Of a stretch of DNA of 64,000 bases, positions 1 through 12,614 are shown piece by piece; position 1 is the stretch's first letter, and every line of letters begins with the position of its first letter. The stretch is taken from assembly GCA_011109175.1 (NCBI GenBank), contig RDEW01000001.1, positions 1,564,360-1,628,359 on the forward strand, in the 5' to 3' direction. The notes beneath the pieces were generated by a model. It was not told the DNA's origin and ran no database searches. It saw only the letters and a list, made by a program, of their open reading frames with translations. The stretch comes from Dicyema japonicum. Taxonomy: Eukaryota; Animalia; Dicyemida. A program made the position numbers and the translations under genes.

Positions 1-310
1 ACTGCTGACTTTTCGGAACATGCATTTAATCGATTCTCGCACAACCATCCATATATGTTATTTAGTATTCCTTGTAGTCTTTCTTTAGCATGTTCGACAT
101 TTACGTCTCTAGATGCGACAACTATGTCATCGGCATAGGAAAGTAGTATGTCATTATTATTCATAGGTACGGGGAGATCACTCAAAAAACAAATTAAAAA
201 GGATTGGTGACAGAGGAGATCCTTGGGGTACACCATTGGGTAATAATCCCGATCTGGAACTCTTGTTTCCGACGGATACTTTCCCTCGGCGTCCACTTAC
301 GAAATTTGCT
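1..310 (-). mobile_element. LINE reverse transcriptase fragment
   Basis: The minus strand reads GVPQG...SPILFNLF and LLSYADDIVVAS. Bases 1-33 match 36311-36343, so both belong to the same family. Confidence 0.8.
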
Positions 311-479
311 AACCATAACTTTAATGGTGCATCAATTTTTGTCAAAATATTTTTCGTATGACTTTAATGGTGCATCAATTTTTGTCAAAAATATTAACTT
401 CAATTAATTTTATAAATGATTTATTAACCACAAAAAATTAAATTTAAGTAACTTTTTTTAGTCTACTCATTAATACAGT

Positions 480-1265
480 CGATATTTCTCCTTTCGAATT
501 TTTTATCTATCAAATTAAACTATTTAAAACTACCGCCACGCGATTATTCGATAAAATATTAATTATTTTCTGCAACTGGATAATACTTATTTATTGATTT
601 TTAAATTCAGATCCATTGTCCGACTGAAGAAATTTACATGGCCCATTCAGGCGGAACAAAGATCTTAAGTTTTCACATACTTCTTTACCAGACTTATTAT
701 AGAGTGGTCGTACAAAAGCGAATCTATAAATTAAAAAAAAAAAACCAGCCTACTATATATGTCAATGACCGTTAAAAATCCATTTGAAATTTTCTTTTAA
801 TGTTGAAAAATTTTTTCAGGTCTATTAGATCTACCTGAAAACGTTCATTTGGAAAAGAAGCAAACACATGGTGATTTATATCTCCAATTATAAAAAATCA
901 CGAACTTTTAAAAGACGCGAAAATTTACAGACTTCACAATTTCGAATGACTTTTCTGATAATCTCATTCTCTACAGTGAAGTATCTTTGTCGACATTCAT
1001 ACTCAATTTATTGACTCCTCCATGTGAAAACTCGTGCAACGATTTCGCAACATGCTCCATTTCGGTTTCATTATCCAGGGATATGACTAACTTGGGATCA
1101 GTTGATTTAAGATACAGTCTAAAATTATTGAAAATTTACAATACCTGTCATTGATAATATAAAATTCTCTATCTTCTTACAAGCCTATATTTTCGGTGCC
1201 TCGGGAAGATTTTCGGGAAATTTATCATGCAAAGCATCTTTTAAAGTTTGATATTCAACTCAATC
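480..1265 (-). mobile_element. Degenerate Ginger/Gin-like DDE integrase (KRBA2/SCAND3-type) containing tiny introns
   Basis: Minus-strand pieces: HEFSHGGVNKL...IRNCEVC (HHCC zinc domain), ASFPNERFQVDLIDL, LTVIDIYS-RFAFVRPL and FLQSDNGSEFKN. A GT-AG intron lies at 1119-1144. Stops and frameshifts are present. Confidence 0.75.
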
Positions 1266-1275
1266 TTTCAACTCA

Positions 1276-1327
1276 AAAAAATGTAACAGGCTGCCCATGC
1301 GTTACGCGCCGCCCATGTGACATATTA
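1276..1327. repeat. About 50-bp GC-rich element TGTAACAGGCTGCCCATGCG...CCCATGTGACA, copy 1 (copy 2 at about 2372-2424)
   Basis: Direct repeat with one mismatch. The TGT...ACA ends resemble integrase-type (Ginger/LTR) termini. Confidence 0.8.
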
Positions 1328-2185
1328 TCAAGACCAGCCGCTTTCCTGTAGTTTAGTTTTCCTATTGCCTTGATAGTTTCCGCGATAATAATGGGGCAGT
1401 TAAGAGGAGCCGTTGATGTTATTGGAGATTTGTTTTCAATTTCTTAATTGTTAAAGATGTCATAGTAGTGTGAAGAGACTATGTTCGCTTTTCAATAACA
1501 TTCAATACTGATCGTCCATGTTGGTCGTGAATAACAATATTCCTGGTCGTTTCTTTTTGCTAATAATCGAATGGCTTTGAACATTTTGGATCCGTTCTTA
1601 TATTTCTTGATTTCATCGACCTGTTCCTCCACTTCCTTTTTTACTTGATATTTTTGAAGTTTTTTGATTTTTGTTAAAATTGAGTTACGAACTATCCTTA
1701 GCTCTTTTTTAGACTCGGTATATTTGAATTATTAATTCTAATCCTCAAATTCTTTTGTTCTGAAGATAAGTATGATATTTCTTCGTTGTTATATTTGAAT
1801 TTGTTTTTGTGAGTAGTCCCCAAAACCAACGACGCGGTATTCTTCATTGCACTCCAACGTCATTCCACAAATCCTGTGGCACTATTGTTTGTATTCATCT
1901 TGCTTAATTCCTTTCTGAGTTTTTCGCCATACTCTTTCATCTTTATTTCATTGCTTATTAGAGTTTCTGTATCCAATCTTTCGAATTCCGTTTTTCCATA
2001 TCTTCCAGGTTTGTACAAACTTCCCAAAGAGAACCGAGTGATCACCAATTTGTGATCACTTGATGTTTCAAGCCCATCGTATGATCTCGAGTTTCGTATT
2101 AGGTTTTTGTTCCTTCTTCTGCACAAGATATAATCAATTTGATTATATATTTTAATCAAGTTGCCATTTTTGTCTTTTCGTGAAC
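1322..2185 (-). mobile_element. Inverted near-identical copy of an internal RTE LINE segment (about 7077-7945)
   Basis: ORF 1860..2159 matches part of ORF 6606..8021. The nucleotide match is near-perfect apart from a few indels and substitutions. Confidence 0.9.
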
Positions 2186-2236
2186 AATCACGATATAAAT
2201 CGGATATACAAAATTAAATGTCGGATAATCCAAAGA

Positions 2237-2337
2237 GGGACTCATCATCACCTTTGTCGGTCTGGGATCACTTAGTTAGATGAGAACTTTTATTTCTTTC
2301 TTTTTGACTTAGTGATCCTTGGGGTAATAATAATAAT
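2237..2337 (+). mobile_element. 5'-truncated LINE 3' end with (TAA)n tail and a roughly 20-bp target site duplication
   Basis: Ends GGGATCACTTAG...AGTGATCCTTGGGG(TAA)n. It is flanked by AATGTCGGATAATC(C/A)AAAGA at about 2217 and 2338, and is homologous to 4395-4478. Confidence 0.85.
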
Positions 2338-2954
2338 AATGTCGGATAATCAAAAGACCTTTTCAAGGTCGAAAAAATGTAACAGGCTGCCCATGCGCTA
2401 CGCGCCGCCCATGTGACATATTATGTCGGAGGGGACCTTTTTTAATTGACTTTTGTGTTTTAGTAAACTAATTAATAATTAAAAAATTGCTTTATGGAAA
2501 AAGAAAATTACCAAATCAATCGTATTCGGGTTACGGTGGATCTTGTCTAAAATTAGTATTTGTACGCAACCTTAAAATCATTATATCTCCGATGTCAATG
2601 ACTGAATCATCAAATTTCCAATTTCGGCGAGTAATCATTTTCTCCGCTGTATTCAATGGGTTTTCGAAAGCTTTGTTTCTCTCTATTATTAGTTCCTCGT
2701 CTAGATCCAAACGTCGGGAGATGTCGACCCAAACCACAACCGAACAAAAGTAGTATCCTGCAACTGACTATCATTGTAATTACATCAAGCAAATTAAGCT
2801 TGCAGACTACCTGACGAGACATAAATTGATATTGCTTGTGCTTTACCTCCCCAAATAAAGCCACAGCCTTCTTTTTAACTCCCCCATATTGTCGGTTGAC
2901 GGGAAATTGATCTCCAAAGGATACATCCGGGATACATACCCTACTTTAATAGTA

Positions 2955-3592
2955 TTGTTATACAGTCGACGAAATTGGGGCGGAGCGTGTCATTAAAATG
3001 AGACTACCAGAAAACAGGCAGTAGATTTCAGATCAGAAGACGTTCATACGCTTAACTGTACGTTCTCCTTTATATACGAACTATCCCGGAACAACAATAC
3101 TGTCCTACAAGATGGGTGCCTCGATGTGTTTGGTGTAGCACTGGGCGCTTACGTCCATACATGATACTGAAATTGTTTCCCGATATCAGAAATTTTAACA
3201 AATTTCAAAAACAACAAAGAATTGAAGGCTAAGTTGACACAACGACTATTACAAAAATAGAACAAAAATAGAACAAGCATTTATTACAAAAATAGAACAA
3301 GCCAATGTCACTTTGTTACCGCAAGCTATGAACTCAACCTGATTGAGGTCAGAACTGCTAATACATTTCAGATACAAAGAGGCACATCAGAACAAAACCA
3401 AGACTAAACAATGACTTGATACTCTTCAAAGATGACTACAATTGTTATATTTGGAGTTGTGGAGCGTTAGCGTTGTAGTGTAGGCTTGGAAATTATTACA
3501 CTTCAATAAGATGTTTTTCAGATTTTTTAGTGCCCGTTTGTACACTCAAATATCTTATAGGGTCCCTGGATCCTTTTGAGTTTGCCATCCCT
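2955..3592 (+). mobile_element. hAT-family remnant
   Basis: 2955-3175 is homologous to 54475-54550 plus 55405-55545. The right end GAGTTTGCCATCCCTG looks like a hAT TIR, and the homologous copy begins CAGGCATGTCAAAC at about 54443. Confidence 0.55.
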
Positions 3593-3839
3593 GGTTTATA
3601 AGGTTCTTTTAGAACACAATTGCTTGTGTGCAAACGTGGATATTACTATCTACTTCCAATTGTCTCAAGTACCACAGAAATAACCTCTAAATTTCTGGAA
3701 TCACTGTTCTATCCTGGATGTGACACCTTAGCTTTTTATGAAAAATAATCATCGAATACAAATAAGAAGTTATATAAATATTAATTTAATAAATATTTTT
3801 GGTGAATTTATTTTTAATTAGTAATTTAAAAGTCATTAG

Positions 3840-4478
3840 AAGCAGCAAAGTCCTTTGTCACACTGTTTACCACCTACAAGAGACAGCTCTGTATCGAACC
3901 AAAAGTCTTTATGAAGAACGAAGCTATCTCTATTAACAAAACACCGAAGATTCTGGGAGTAACCTTTGATCAGGGACTCACCTTTATTCGGCATGTTGAA
4001 AACAAAGTAAATTCTGCTCTGAAAAAAATGAGAATTTTAAAAGTGCTCTCAAAAACACTTAGAGACCAAACTGGTGTCCTTTCCACGATTTATAAACAAT
4101 TTATCCGACCAACGATGACGTATGCAAGTCATCATGGGCAATGCAGATGTCACGATCTTCCTCATTGAAATTATCCGCAATAGAAAAGACTGCAATAAAG
4201 TTAATTGGACCAGATCACAATATCCAACCCATTCAAAACTTTTTAATCGAACTACAACGGAAACTATTAAAGGAGGCTATTCTACCGAGCTGCCCTCTAT
4301 TCCAAATACTATCGAATTATCTACAATCATACAGAAATTTTGAGCCGATGCCACGTCCAATGAGAAGAGCTGTTCAGGATTATCGACTCCGCCGGACTCG
4401 TCCTCACCGGTCTGGGATCACTTAGTTAGTTGAGAACTTTTATTTCTTTCTCTTTGACCCAGTGGGGTAATAATAATA
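3840..4478 (+). mobile_element. LINE 3' fragment (post-RT region), APE-type group
   Basis: PKILGVTFDQGLTFIRHV and YKQFIRPTMTYAS. The ORF ends SGIT* and is followed by a (TAA)n tail. Confidence 0.85.
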
Positions 4479-4510
4479 TTATTTTACTGCCTCAATAGTT
4501 TATTTTCGTC

Positions 4511-5180
4511 TATGGTAAACGAGAGCAATTTTGACTTGTGGAAGATGGATCAGCAGCCCACTGAAATAACAGAGAAGTATCAAATATTCAAGGAGAAATT
4601 TCTAAGAGCAGAGGAAGCTTTCAAAAAAACCAATATGTTATGGAAGAGAATAGAGGATGACTTGATCGTTAAAATATAACTGATTTTTAGTTGGAAGAGA
4701 CTTCGGTGGAAGGTGTTGAGGAACGGAGATTTTGTGTTTGCATAGTTTAGTCATTTGATCCCATGACTTTCAGAAGATGGCTGATTTGGTGAGAAATAAT
4801 GTCGGAATGCGATATTATGACAGTTGGGGGAATAAATATGTTAGTGATGGTAATCCGAACCGAATTGATTTCCAGGGACTGCATAAAATACAAACAATCA
4901 GTACTTAGGAACTCTCACCTCTCGACTATTAGCATTTAAGAGACAAAAAAATCAGTGACCTTCGTTACAATCCATATTCAGTTGAACTACTTAGCAATAT
5001 GGGACCATTCATTTCAACTTGATTCAATAAAAATTGCCAGCATCATGGAAAAAAAGCCACTCCAACATTCATGACAAGGTTGACATAAAGATATTTTGGT
5101 AATTAGAGAAATAGTTTTGGACAAGAACAGTACAGAGAAGGCCTGGACTCAATGGAAATGAGTTTGAGGGAAAGGTAATC
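4511..5180 (+). other. Unidentified coding-like fragment with tiny introns (possibly a pseudogene)
   Basis: Purine-rich open stretches (MVNESNFDLWKMDQ..., MADLVRNNVGMRYYDSWGNKYV) and a 23-nt GT-AG segment at about 4668-4690. I do not recognise a family. Confidence 0.3.
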
Positions 5181-6099
5181 ATTTCTCTCTAAATTTAAGT
5201 AAAAAATAAAGGTAAATAAAATTCATCAGACGATACCAATATAGTGGGACACATCGTAGTATATAAAAATTAAATAAAAATATAAAAATTTTGAAAATAA
5301 GCGAAAACTCTAGAAGATTGATACCAATTAGCACAGAACATTCAAATAGTGGAGAATAATCCATATTATAGGTTACCAAAATATATATATTTAGACATTT
5401 TGACAGCAGCCTTCAACACTATTTGATAATCCAATAATATGTATAACTTTGAAGAAAATATATTACAATACCGAGAAAAAACGAATAAACGTAGACCAAA
5501 ATAGACAACCACAACAATGTGACACGTGCATGTCAAATAGTGTTTTAATATATTAAAGGTTCGCCATATTGTAAAATAATTTTTAAAAAAATAAATATTA
5601 AATTAATCTTGATAAGTCAAAAATTCATGTTCTTTAAAAATTTTTCATTTTATTTAAGAAATTTAACTAGCGCTCGATACAAGAGGTACTATCGCTGACA
5701 GGTCCATTCACGGTCATGAATGACCCGTTAAAACATACGAGAACCCTCTTCAGGGAGTCAACCAACTAACCTCTTCAGACATCACGGTTTGTTTTCCCGA
5801 CTTGACGGCAATATCAACCTTTCAGTCACTTACAACTCAAAGAGCGTCATTCTTCCAAAGAAAAAAGGGAAATTTTGACTTGGTGGAGGTTTCCAGTGCA
5901 ATTCAATTACAAATGTGGAGACTGGATACTTTACCGTAGACTTACTGACAACCTACAAAATCACTATCTGTACCTAAACACCACCTAATTACGCCAGGGG
6001 ATATAGCAGGTAGGCATTAATCAAGGAAAGAAACGAACTAAAAAATCTGCACGATTAATACACAAATACTGTTAATCACGTGTCAAGTGCGAGCCTATA

Positions 6100-6430
6100 T
6101 TGCTCTGAATCAGTACATTTTCTTGGTTCTCTTAGAGCAGTGTTCTCATAATGGCTTCAATAGACTTGAAGAAGCATTCGACTCCGTGTCTCGGACGCTA
6201 CTTATAGGGAAAATTTCTGACACTCTTATAAATCCAAACATTAAAATATGGCTGTCGAATTTTCTAAATGGAAGAAGAGGACAAGTGATGTCCGACAACA
6301 AAAGATCTAAATCCCGTTTATTGCCGAATGGTGTCCCTCAAGGTTCACCTCTCTCCCCTGCTCTTCAACTTGTACACCAATGACCTTCCACCAATGATGA
6401 TCCCGATACATTGATACTCTCATACGCAGA
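6100..6430 (+). mobile_element. LINE RT fragment interrupted by the RTE insertion
   Basis: EAFDSVSR, WLSNFLNGR and GVPQGSPLSP, then YAD at the junction. Confidence 0.8.
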
Positions 6431-6438
6431 TTTTTTTT

Positions 6439-8770
6439 GGTTGAGGTGGTGACGTCCCTCTTTGAAAATATGTCTTCTTCGCGCTTAATTACCCGTTGCC
6501 CATTCTCTCTCGGTACTTTCAACACTCGCACGTGATTTATCTATCCATGGTGTCAGTATTTGCTGCATTCAAGAGACAAAGATTACAGCATATTCTATTA
6601 CGAAATTGGATGATTACTACATGATCACTTTGGACTCTGACTGCCGACATTATGGTCTTGGATTTGCGGTTCACAGGGATCTTTACGACCGTGTGACACG
6701 CGTATGGGCTGTCTCGGATCGTATTGCAGTCATGCAACTGAAGTTTGGAACAAAGCCCAACTCTGTTATTTCTATCATCAATGTTTATGCTCCGACCGCT
6801 GTCCGGGCTGATGCCAATCCTGAAGAACTTGGTGCGTTTTACTCATGTTTGACAGGGACATATGACTCACTTTCGTCGTCATATCTGACGTTTATTGGTG
6901 GAGACTGGAATGCCAGAGTTGGTAAAGTACGGAATGGGGAGACTTGTATTGGATCACATGCTCGGAATCGTCGAAATTCCTCTGGTGTCTCATTGGTTCA
7001 ATTCTGCGAATCCTACAACTTATTTATTACGAACACTGCTTTTGAACACCCAGCAAGACATAAGACTACCTGGACTGGTTCACGAAAGGACAAAAATGGC
7101 AACTTGATTAAAATATATAATCAAATTGATTATATCTTGTGCAGAAGAAGGAACAAAAACCTAATACGAAACTCGAGATCATACGATGGGCTTGAAACAT
7201 CAAGTGATCACAAATTGGTGATCACTCGGTTCTCTTTGGGAAGTTTGTACAAACCTGGAAGATATGGAAAAACGGAATTCGAAAGATTGGATACAGAAAC
7301 TCTAATAAGCAATGAAATAAAGATGAAAGAGTATGGCGAAAAACTCAGAAAGGAATTAAGCAAGATGAATACAAACAATAGTGCACAGGATTTGTGGAAT
7401 GACGTTGGAGTTGCAATGAAGAATACCGCGTCGTTGGTTTTGGGGACTACTCACAAAAACAAATTCAAATATAACAACGAAGAAATATCATACTTATCTT
7501 CAGAACAAAAGAATTTGAGGATTAGAATTAATAATTCAAATATACCGAGTCTAAAAAAAGAGCTAAGGATAGTTCGTAACTCAATTTTAACAAAAATCAA
7601 AAAACTTCAAAAATATCAAGTAAAAAAGGAAGTGGAGGAACAGGTCGATGAAATCAAGAAATATAAGAACGGATCCAAAATGTTCAAAGCCATTCGGATT
7701 ATTAGCAAAAAGAAACGACCAGGGAATATTGTTATTCACGACCAACATGGACGATCAGTATTGAATGTTATTGAAAAGGCGAACATAGTCTCTTCACACT
7801 ACTATGACATCTTTAACAATCAAGAAATTGAAAACAAATCTCCAATAACATCAACGGCTCCTCTTAACTGCCCCATTATTATCGCGGAAACTATCAAGGC
7901 AATAGGAAAACTAAACTACAGGAAAGCGGCTGGTCCTGATAATATACCTGCAGAGTTAATAAAATGTGGACCCACTGAATTGAGTGGAATAATCACCATC
8001 ATACTCAATAAAGCATTTTAAGACAAAAACGATCTTGGAATTGGGAGAGGATGGCTAATTCCAATACCAAAACCTGGGAAACCTAGAGGTCCCGCAAACA
8101 GTCTAAGACCAATAATTCTATTATCGGTCTTACGGAAAACCCTCTCTATCATTGTATTAAATCGAATCAAAGGGAAAGTCGACAAATTCTTATCGCCTGG
8201 ACAAAGCGGTTTCAGGGAAAAAAGATCAACCGCCGACATAGTATGGACGCACTGATGGTCTGGCGCTATATGTCAGAAATACAAAAAATGCATAGAAGTT
8301 CTGGGGATCGACATGAGTCGTGCATTTGACTCTGTACACAGGGGACTACTTATTAACATTCTGAATACATTTCTGAACACGGATGATGTTAGAATTATTT
8401 CCTTGCTCCTAGAAGATACTCACTTGGCTGTCAAAATCGAAAATACCGCTTCCAATTTTTTTAAAACCACTCGGGGAGTTCCACAAGGGGATTCGTTGTC
8501 TCCTATTCTATTTATTATTTATCTTGAGCTGCACTGAGGGATTTCAGATTATCCATTAAAGGAAAATATTATGAGTTGATTTACGCATACGATCTGGACT
8601 TTGTATCGGATGATTCTGAATTTCTCAAATACATAAACGAACATCTGTTTAACATTTTCCAAAAATGGTTCTTGAAGATAAACACTGACAAAACGGAATT
8701 TACATCATTCAGCCGTGCAGAGAGGATATCCGACGAGAAGTGGAGAAAGATTCGGAAAACAGTGAACAAG
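6439..8770 (+). mobile_element. RTE-clade LINE (APE endonuclease + RT), 3'-truncated and disrupted
   Basis: ATG at 6469 begins MSSSRLITRCPFSLGTFNTR. APE motifs: INVYAPT, GGDWNARVG, NQIDYIL, SDHKLV. RT motifs: KAAGPDNI, RPIILL, QSGFR, AFDSV, GVPQGDSLSP. Confidence 0.93.
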
Positions 8771-9019
8771 AAAACACAAACCTGTAAACGGAAATGACAT
8801 TGGAGTTATGTTAACTGCTATACACAGGGAACTCTTATCTAATGTTGAGAATGAGCATTAAGTTTTGCTCATTTCTTCAATAAGAAAATACAAGCGATCA
8901 GAATTGGAGCGAAGAAAAACATTTAGAAATTTAATTTAATTATTAAATAGAAAAATTATAGATAATTAAAAATTAAGTCTTTTTGGTTATTTAATTAATT
9001 ATTCTTGATTTGGCCGGTT

Positions 9020-9740
9020 CTATCTTTTTTTACCATTATCTGTTTTTGGGTCGTATACTGGTCTGGGGGCTTTTATGAACTCCGGTGTTTGATGAATAAG
9101 TCGTGACTAAAATATTTACAATAATTACCTTGTATTCCCTGAGTTTATTTACAGAATCCCTTGCGGCCGAAATTTCATCGGTATATAACTCCCAGTTATA
9201 CTTACCGGTTTTGATAGCTTTTTTGCAATGCTGCTCAGTTACTCCCCTTGGGAATAGTATTGACTCCCATAATTCCTAAAATTAATGCTTACTCTACCTC
9301 CTCTGTGTTTAAACTAAACGGAATCTTTATAGTAGTCTTATATAACAGTCGGCTGGTTTTTATTTTTCTGGCAGAATCATTTAATTTAATTTTAGTAGAC
9401 CCTAAGACTTATTTAATGGACAACTTTTAACAGCCAAAACAACGTCGTTATCAGATGCATTGAGCGATACAATTTTTCTGAATTTTAATATTTCTTGTAT
9501 TTCCACAAAACCTTGGAGATCCATTAAATTTTTTAAGTATGTGTCTCTTATCAAATTTTCCCTAAAGTAAACAAATAATTACAACTCGGAAAAATAATAC
9601 TCCAGTTGGAATTTTATTGTTTCAATAATGAATTGTATTTTTTGTTGAATGATTTGAATCTAAATTATAGAAGACTTCACAACCTGACATAGTGAATTTA
9701 TGGTTCGTTCTCTTACCGCCTCTTTTATAGTCGGACATAA
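9020..9740 (-). CDS. La-motif RNA-binding protein (LARP4-like); multi-exon, 5' end uncertain
   Basis: After removing five 22-24 nt GT-AG introns it reads IKFQLEYYFSEENLIRDTYLKNLMDLQGFVEIQEILKFRKIVSL (La motif), followed by a possible RRM-like region. Confidence 0.75.
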
Positions 9741-9929
9741 GGAACTTTAATTAATAATCCATTTATATTATGCTAATTTCTTACAATTTAAATTAGTTTT
9801 GATTAATTTTTTAATTTAGTAAAAATTACCATAATTTAAATTATATTATATTTTATTAAATTATAATTTCTATTAATACTTAATGGTATAAGTGCCTATT
9901 GGTATTTTTAATTATCCTGGATACAAAGA

Positions 9930-10502
9930 AATTAACTACCAATTATCCACCTCCCATGTTCGGAAGCCGAGAGACTTCCGATAACATTTACAAGATAATA
10001 GAGGGGATTATTTTCAAACTAATCTCTCACCGTACCAATAGGGCTCACGCAAGGTCGTGTGAAGACTGTTTCTTCCTGCTAAATTCTGAAGTCCAGAAGG
10101 CCATTGAATGAACCTGTTTGCCTGGATATTCCAAGACAGTGTTTGCCACGAAGTTCTTCAAAACTTGTGTCGGAAGAAATATCTCCAGTCGGATCTCACT
10201 TATCAATGGGGTCCCACAAGGTTAGTTTACCTAAACCATCGAGTTATAATGATCATTTTAGTGGACGCGTCCAAGAAAAAAATGGCGCGTGGTTCACCTG
10301 TATGGTGTTATGCATCACATGATGTTAAAAGAACTGCACTTTCCCTATCCATGAAGGAGGATGTTTTTCTGGGAACGCTCTAATTTTGTGTGGAGACGTC
10401 GAATCCAACCCAGGCTCTGAAATCAACCTGGTCCAGATCAATATTAACGGAATACGAAACAAGGTGCTGGAAGTCCGCCACTTACTCAATAGAAATGAAA
10501 TC
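9930..10502 (+). mobile_element. 5' part of an APE-type LINE with a 2A-like motif
   Basis: LILCGDVESNPGSEINLVQININGIRNK is a 2A-like motif followed by the start of the APE domain. It is interrupted by the hAT element at 10503. Confidence 0.75.
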
Positions 10503-12435
10503 CAGTGGTTCTCAACCTTTTTTGGTCGCGGACCCCTTGTGAGTGAATAAAAAAATTCGCGTACCCCCAACATATTTTTACAAGTTTTTTGTCAAAAAAC
10601 TATTACTTTTCTAAAACACAATTTAATATTAAAAAAGGAAATAATATTAATGAGAAGGTTAATGTTGCTTTTTTGAGGCAATTTTTTTCAATTTGAGGCT
10701 CGGTTGTCGACAAACATACATACTCTGCTGTCATCCTTAATATTCATTTTTTATATTGAGAAGTGCTGAAAAGTCATGTTCGCTAAATACGTTGTCGGAA
10801 AAATAAGCAAAAAATTTAATGCATTTGCGGAAGGATAATAATAACACATTTCGCACCAAGATCTTAACAAAAAAAGTTTTTCATACAAATCTTTAGCATT
10901 CGAATTATTATTTACATCAATAAAAGCCTCCTGAATATTTCCATCGACTTAACGTGGATCAACATCAAACAGTGTACGAATTAATTTCAAATCAATATTG
11001 CCCAATTCTGAAAATTATTTATTTACTTCTTTTTGAAGATATGTTAAATGTGCATAAATAAGGTCGATTATTTTTAGTGGTCGATTCAAGCGAATAGGAA
11101 AATAAAAACTCTGTAAAATTTCTATCATAGACATAACGAGCAAATACTATCAATTGAGCACAGTTCGCTACATCGGTGGATTCGTCAATTTGTATCACGA
11201 AATTTTAATGGCATTAAGTTTTTATTTGTTCTACCACCTGTTAAATAATATAATATCAATAACCTGGTGCTAAATATTTTCTGACATATCAGAAATTCGT
11301 CTATGAACCGAATCATTCAATGGTGCTATATAAAAATTCATATCTTCAGCATGAGTGCCAATAAGAATACGCACTATGTCTTTACAACAAGGAAAAATGA
11401 GTTTTTTGCAATATTGTGAGATTTCTTTTCTTTCGCTATACGTAATGAAGTCATGTAAGATGCTAATAGTATGGAATTGTCAGAAGGCAAAGTTTGTATG
11501 AAACGAGTCAATACTTGACTCTTCATTTTTAGAAGCAAAGAAATAAAAAATTCATATTTTTATGGATCAGATGGGGATGACATGTGTGCAAGTGTCTTAC
11601 AAGAGTTGTCGGTTTCATACTATTGTGTGACAGAATTTTCATACAAACAACACATTTTGGGCTTTCAAATCCATCTTTTTCAATACAAGTAAACCCATTT
11701 TTGATTTAATCAGGGTTATATTTACGTATCTTATTAACGTGAGACGAATTCATATTAATAACGTGCTTTTTTATTAACTTTTACTAAAAAATTAATATAT
11801 ATACTAAAATATATACGATTTTATAGTAATTGAGTAACTTTCAGCTTTAAAGTAATTTATTATTATTATTATCAGCACTGCCGAGAACAAACAAAAGTCA
11901 ATTAAGGTTCCCTTGTGCCGCGCCTGCCACCCTTTGCACCAATCGCATCCAAAGGCCTCTCCGTTTCGCTCCTCAATATTATTGAATATTAAAATATATT
12001 AATTTATCTAATAATATATCAAAAAGAAATATTATTAATTATGATTTAATTATATTATATATTAATTTGAATTTATTATTAAATTGAGGACGTTCAAAAG
12101 AAGGCTTTCAGAATGACGGAGCGGTGGTCTTGTGGGAGACACAGAACCGGACCGACTACTTTGGAAGCCCTTATTAAACAAAACTCCGGCATGCGGGAAG
12201 GTGGCCCTGCAAATACAGTCAGCCGCCCTGTACAAGCTTGTGTGGGTACGAGGGAGGAGCACCGGGAAAGAATGAGGATTTTGGCGGAGCGCATCGGGAT
12301 CACGTGATAGTTAGTTTTGGTTTTACCGTGGTCTTGGGTGTTAAATAAAATAAAATAAATAAAAAATAATAAAATTTAAATAAAGGTTCAGAACTATCTC
12401 GCGGACCCCCTGAAATCTTTCGCTGAGAACCACTG
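10503..12435 (-). mobile_element. hAT (Buster/Charlie, ZBED5-like) DNA transposon, degenerate, with nested LINE fragments
   Basis: TIRs CAGTGGTTCTCA...TGAGAACCACTG. Minus-strand BED finger SPKCVVCMKILSHNSMKPTTLVRHL. No clear TSD. Confidence 0.85.
12085..12375 (+). mobile_element. LINE 3' fragment nested in the hAT element; near-identical to 55645-55855
   Basis: The ORF ends ERIGIT*, followed by the stem-loop and a (TAAAA)n tail. Confidence 0.85.
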
Positions 12436-12614
12436 TCTTAGAGACTGCATGCAACATCATATCTCTGGTTTATCTCAAGGTTTCTTCCTTGACCGTGCCT
12501 ATGACATACCTCTAATCAATGGACTAAGGTTCTTACCTCCACTTGTGCAGGACACAAACTTTATTTTAAAAAGGAAATGACAATTATGTAAAAACTGTAC
12601 TTATGTTAATAATT

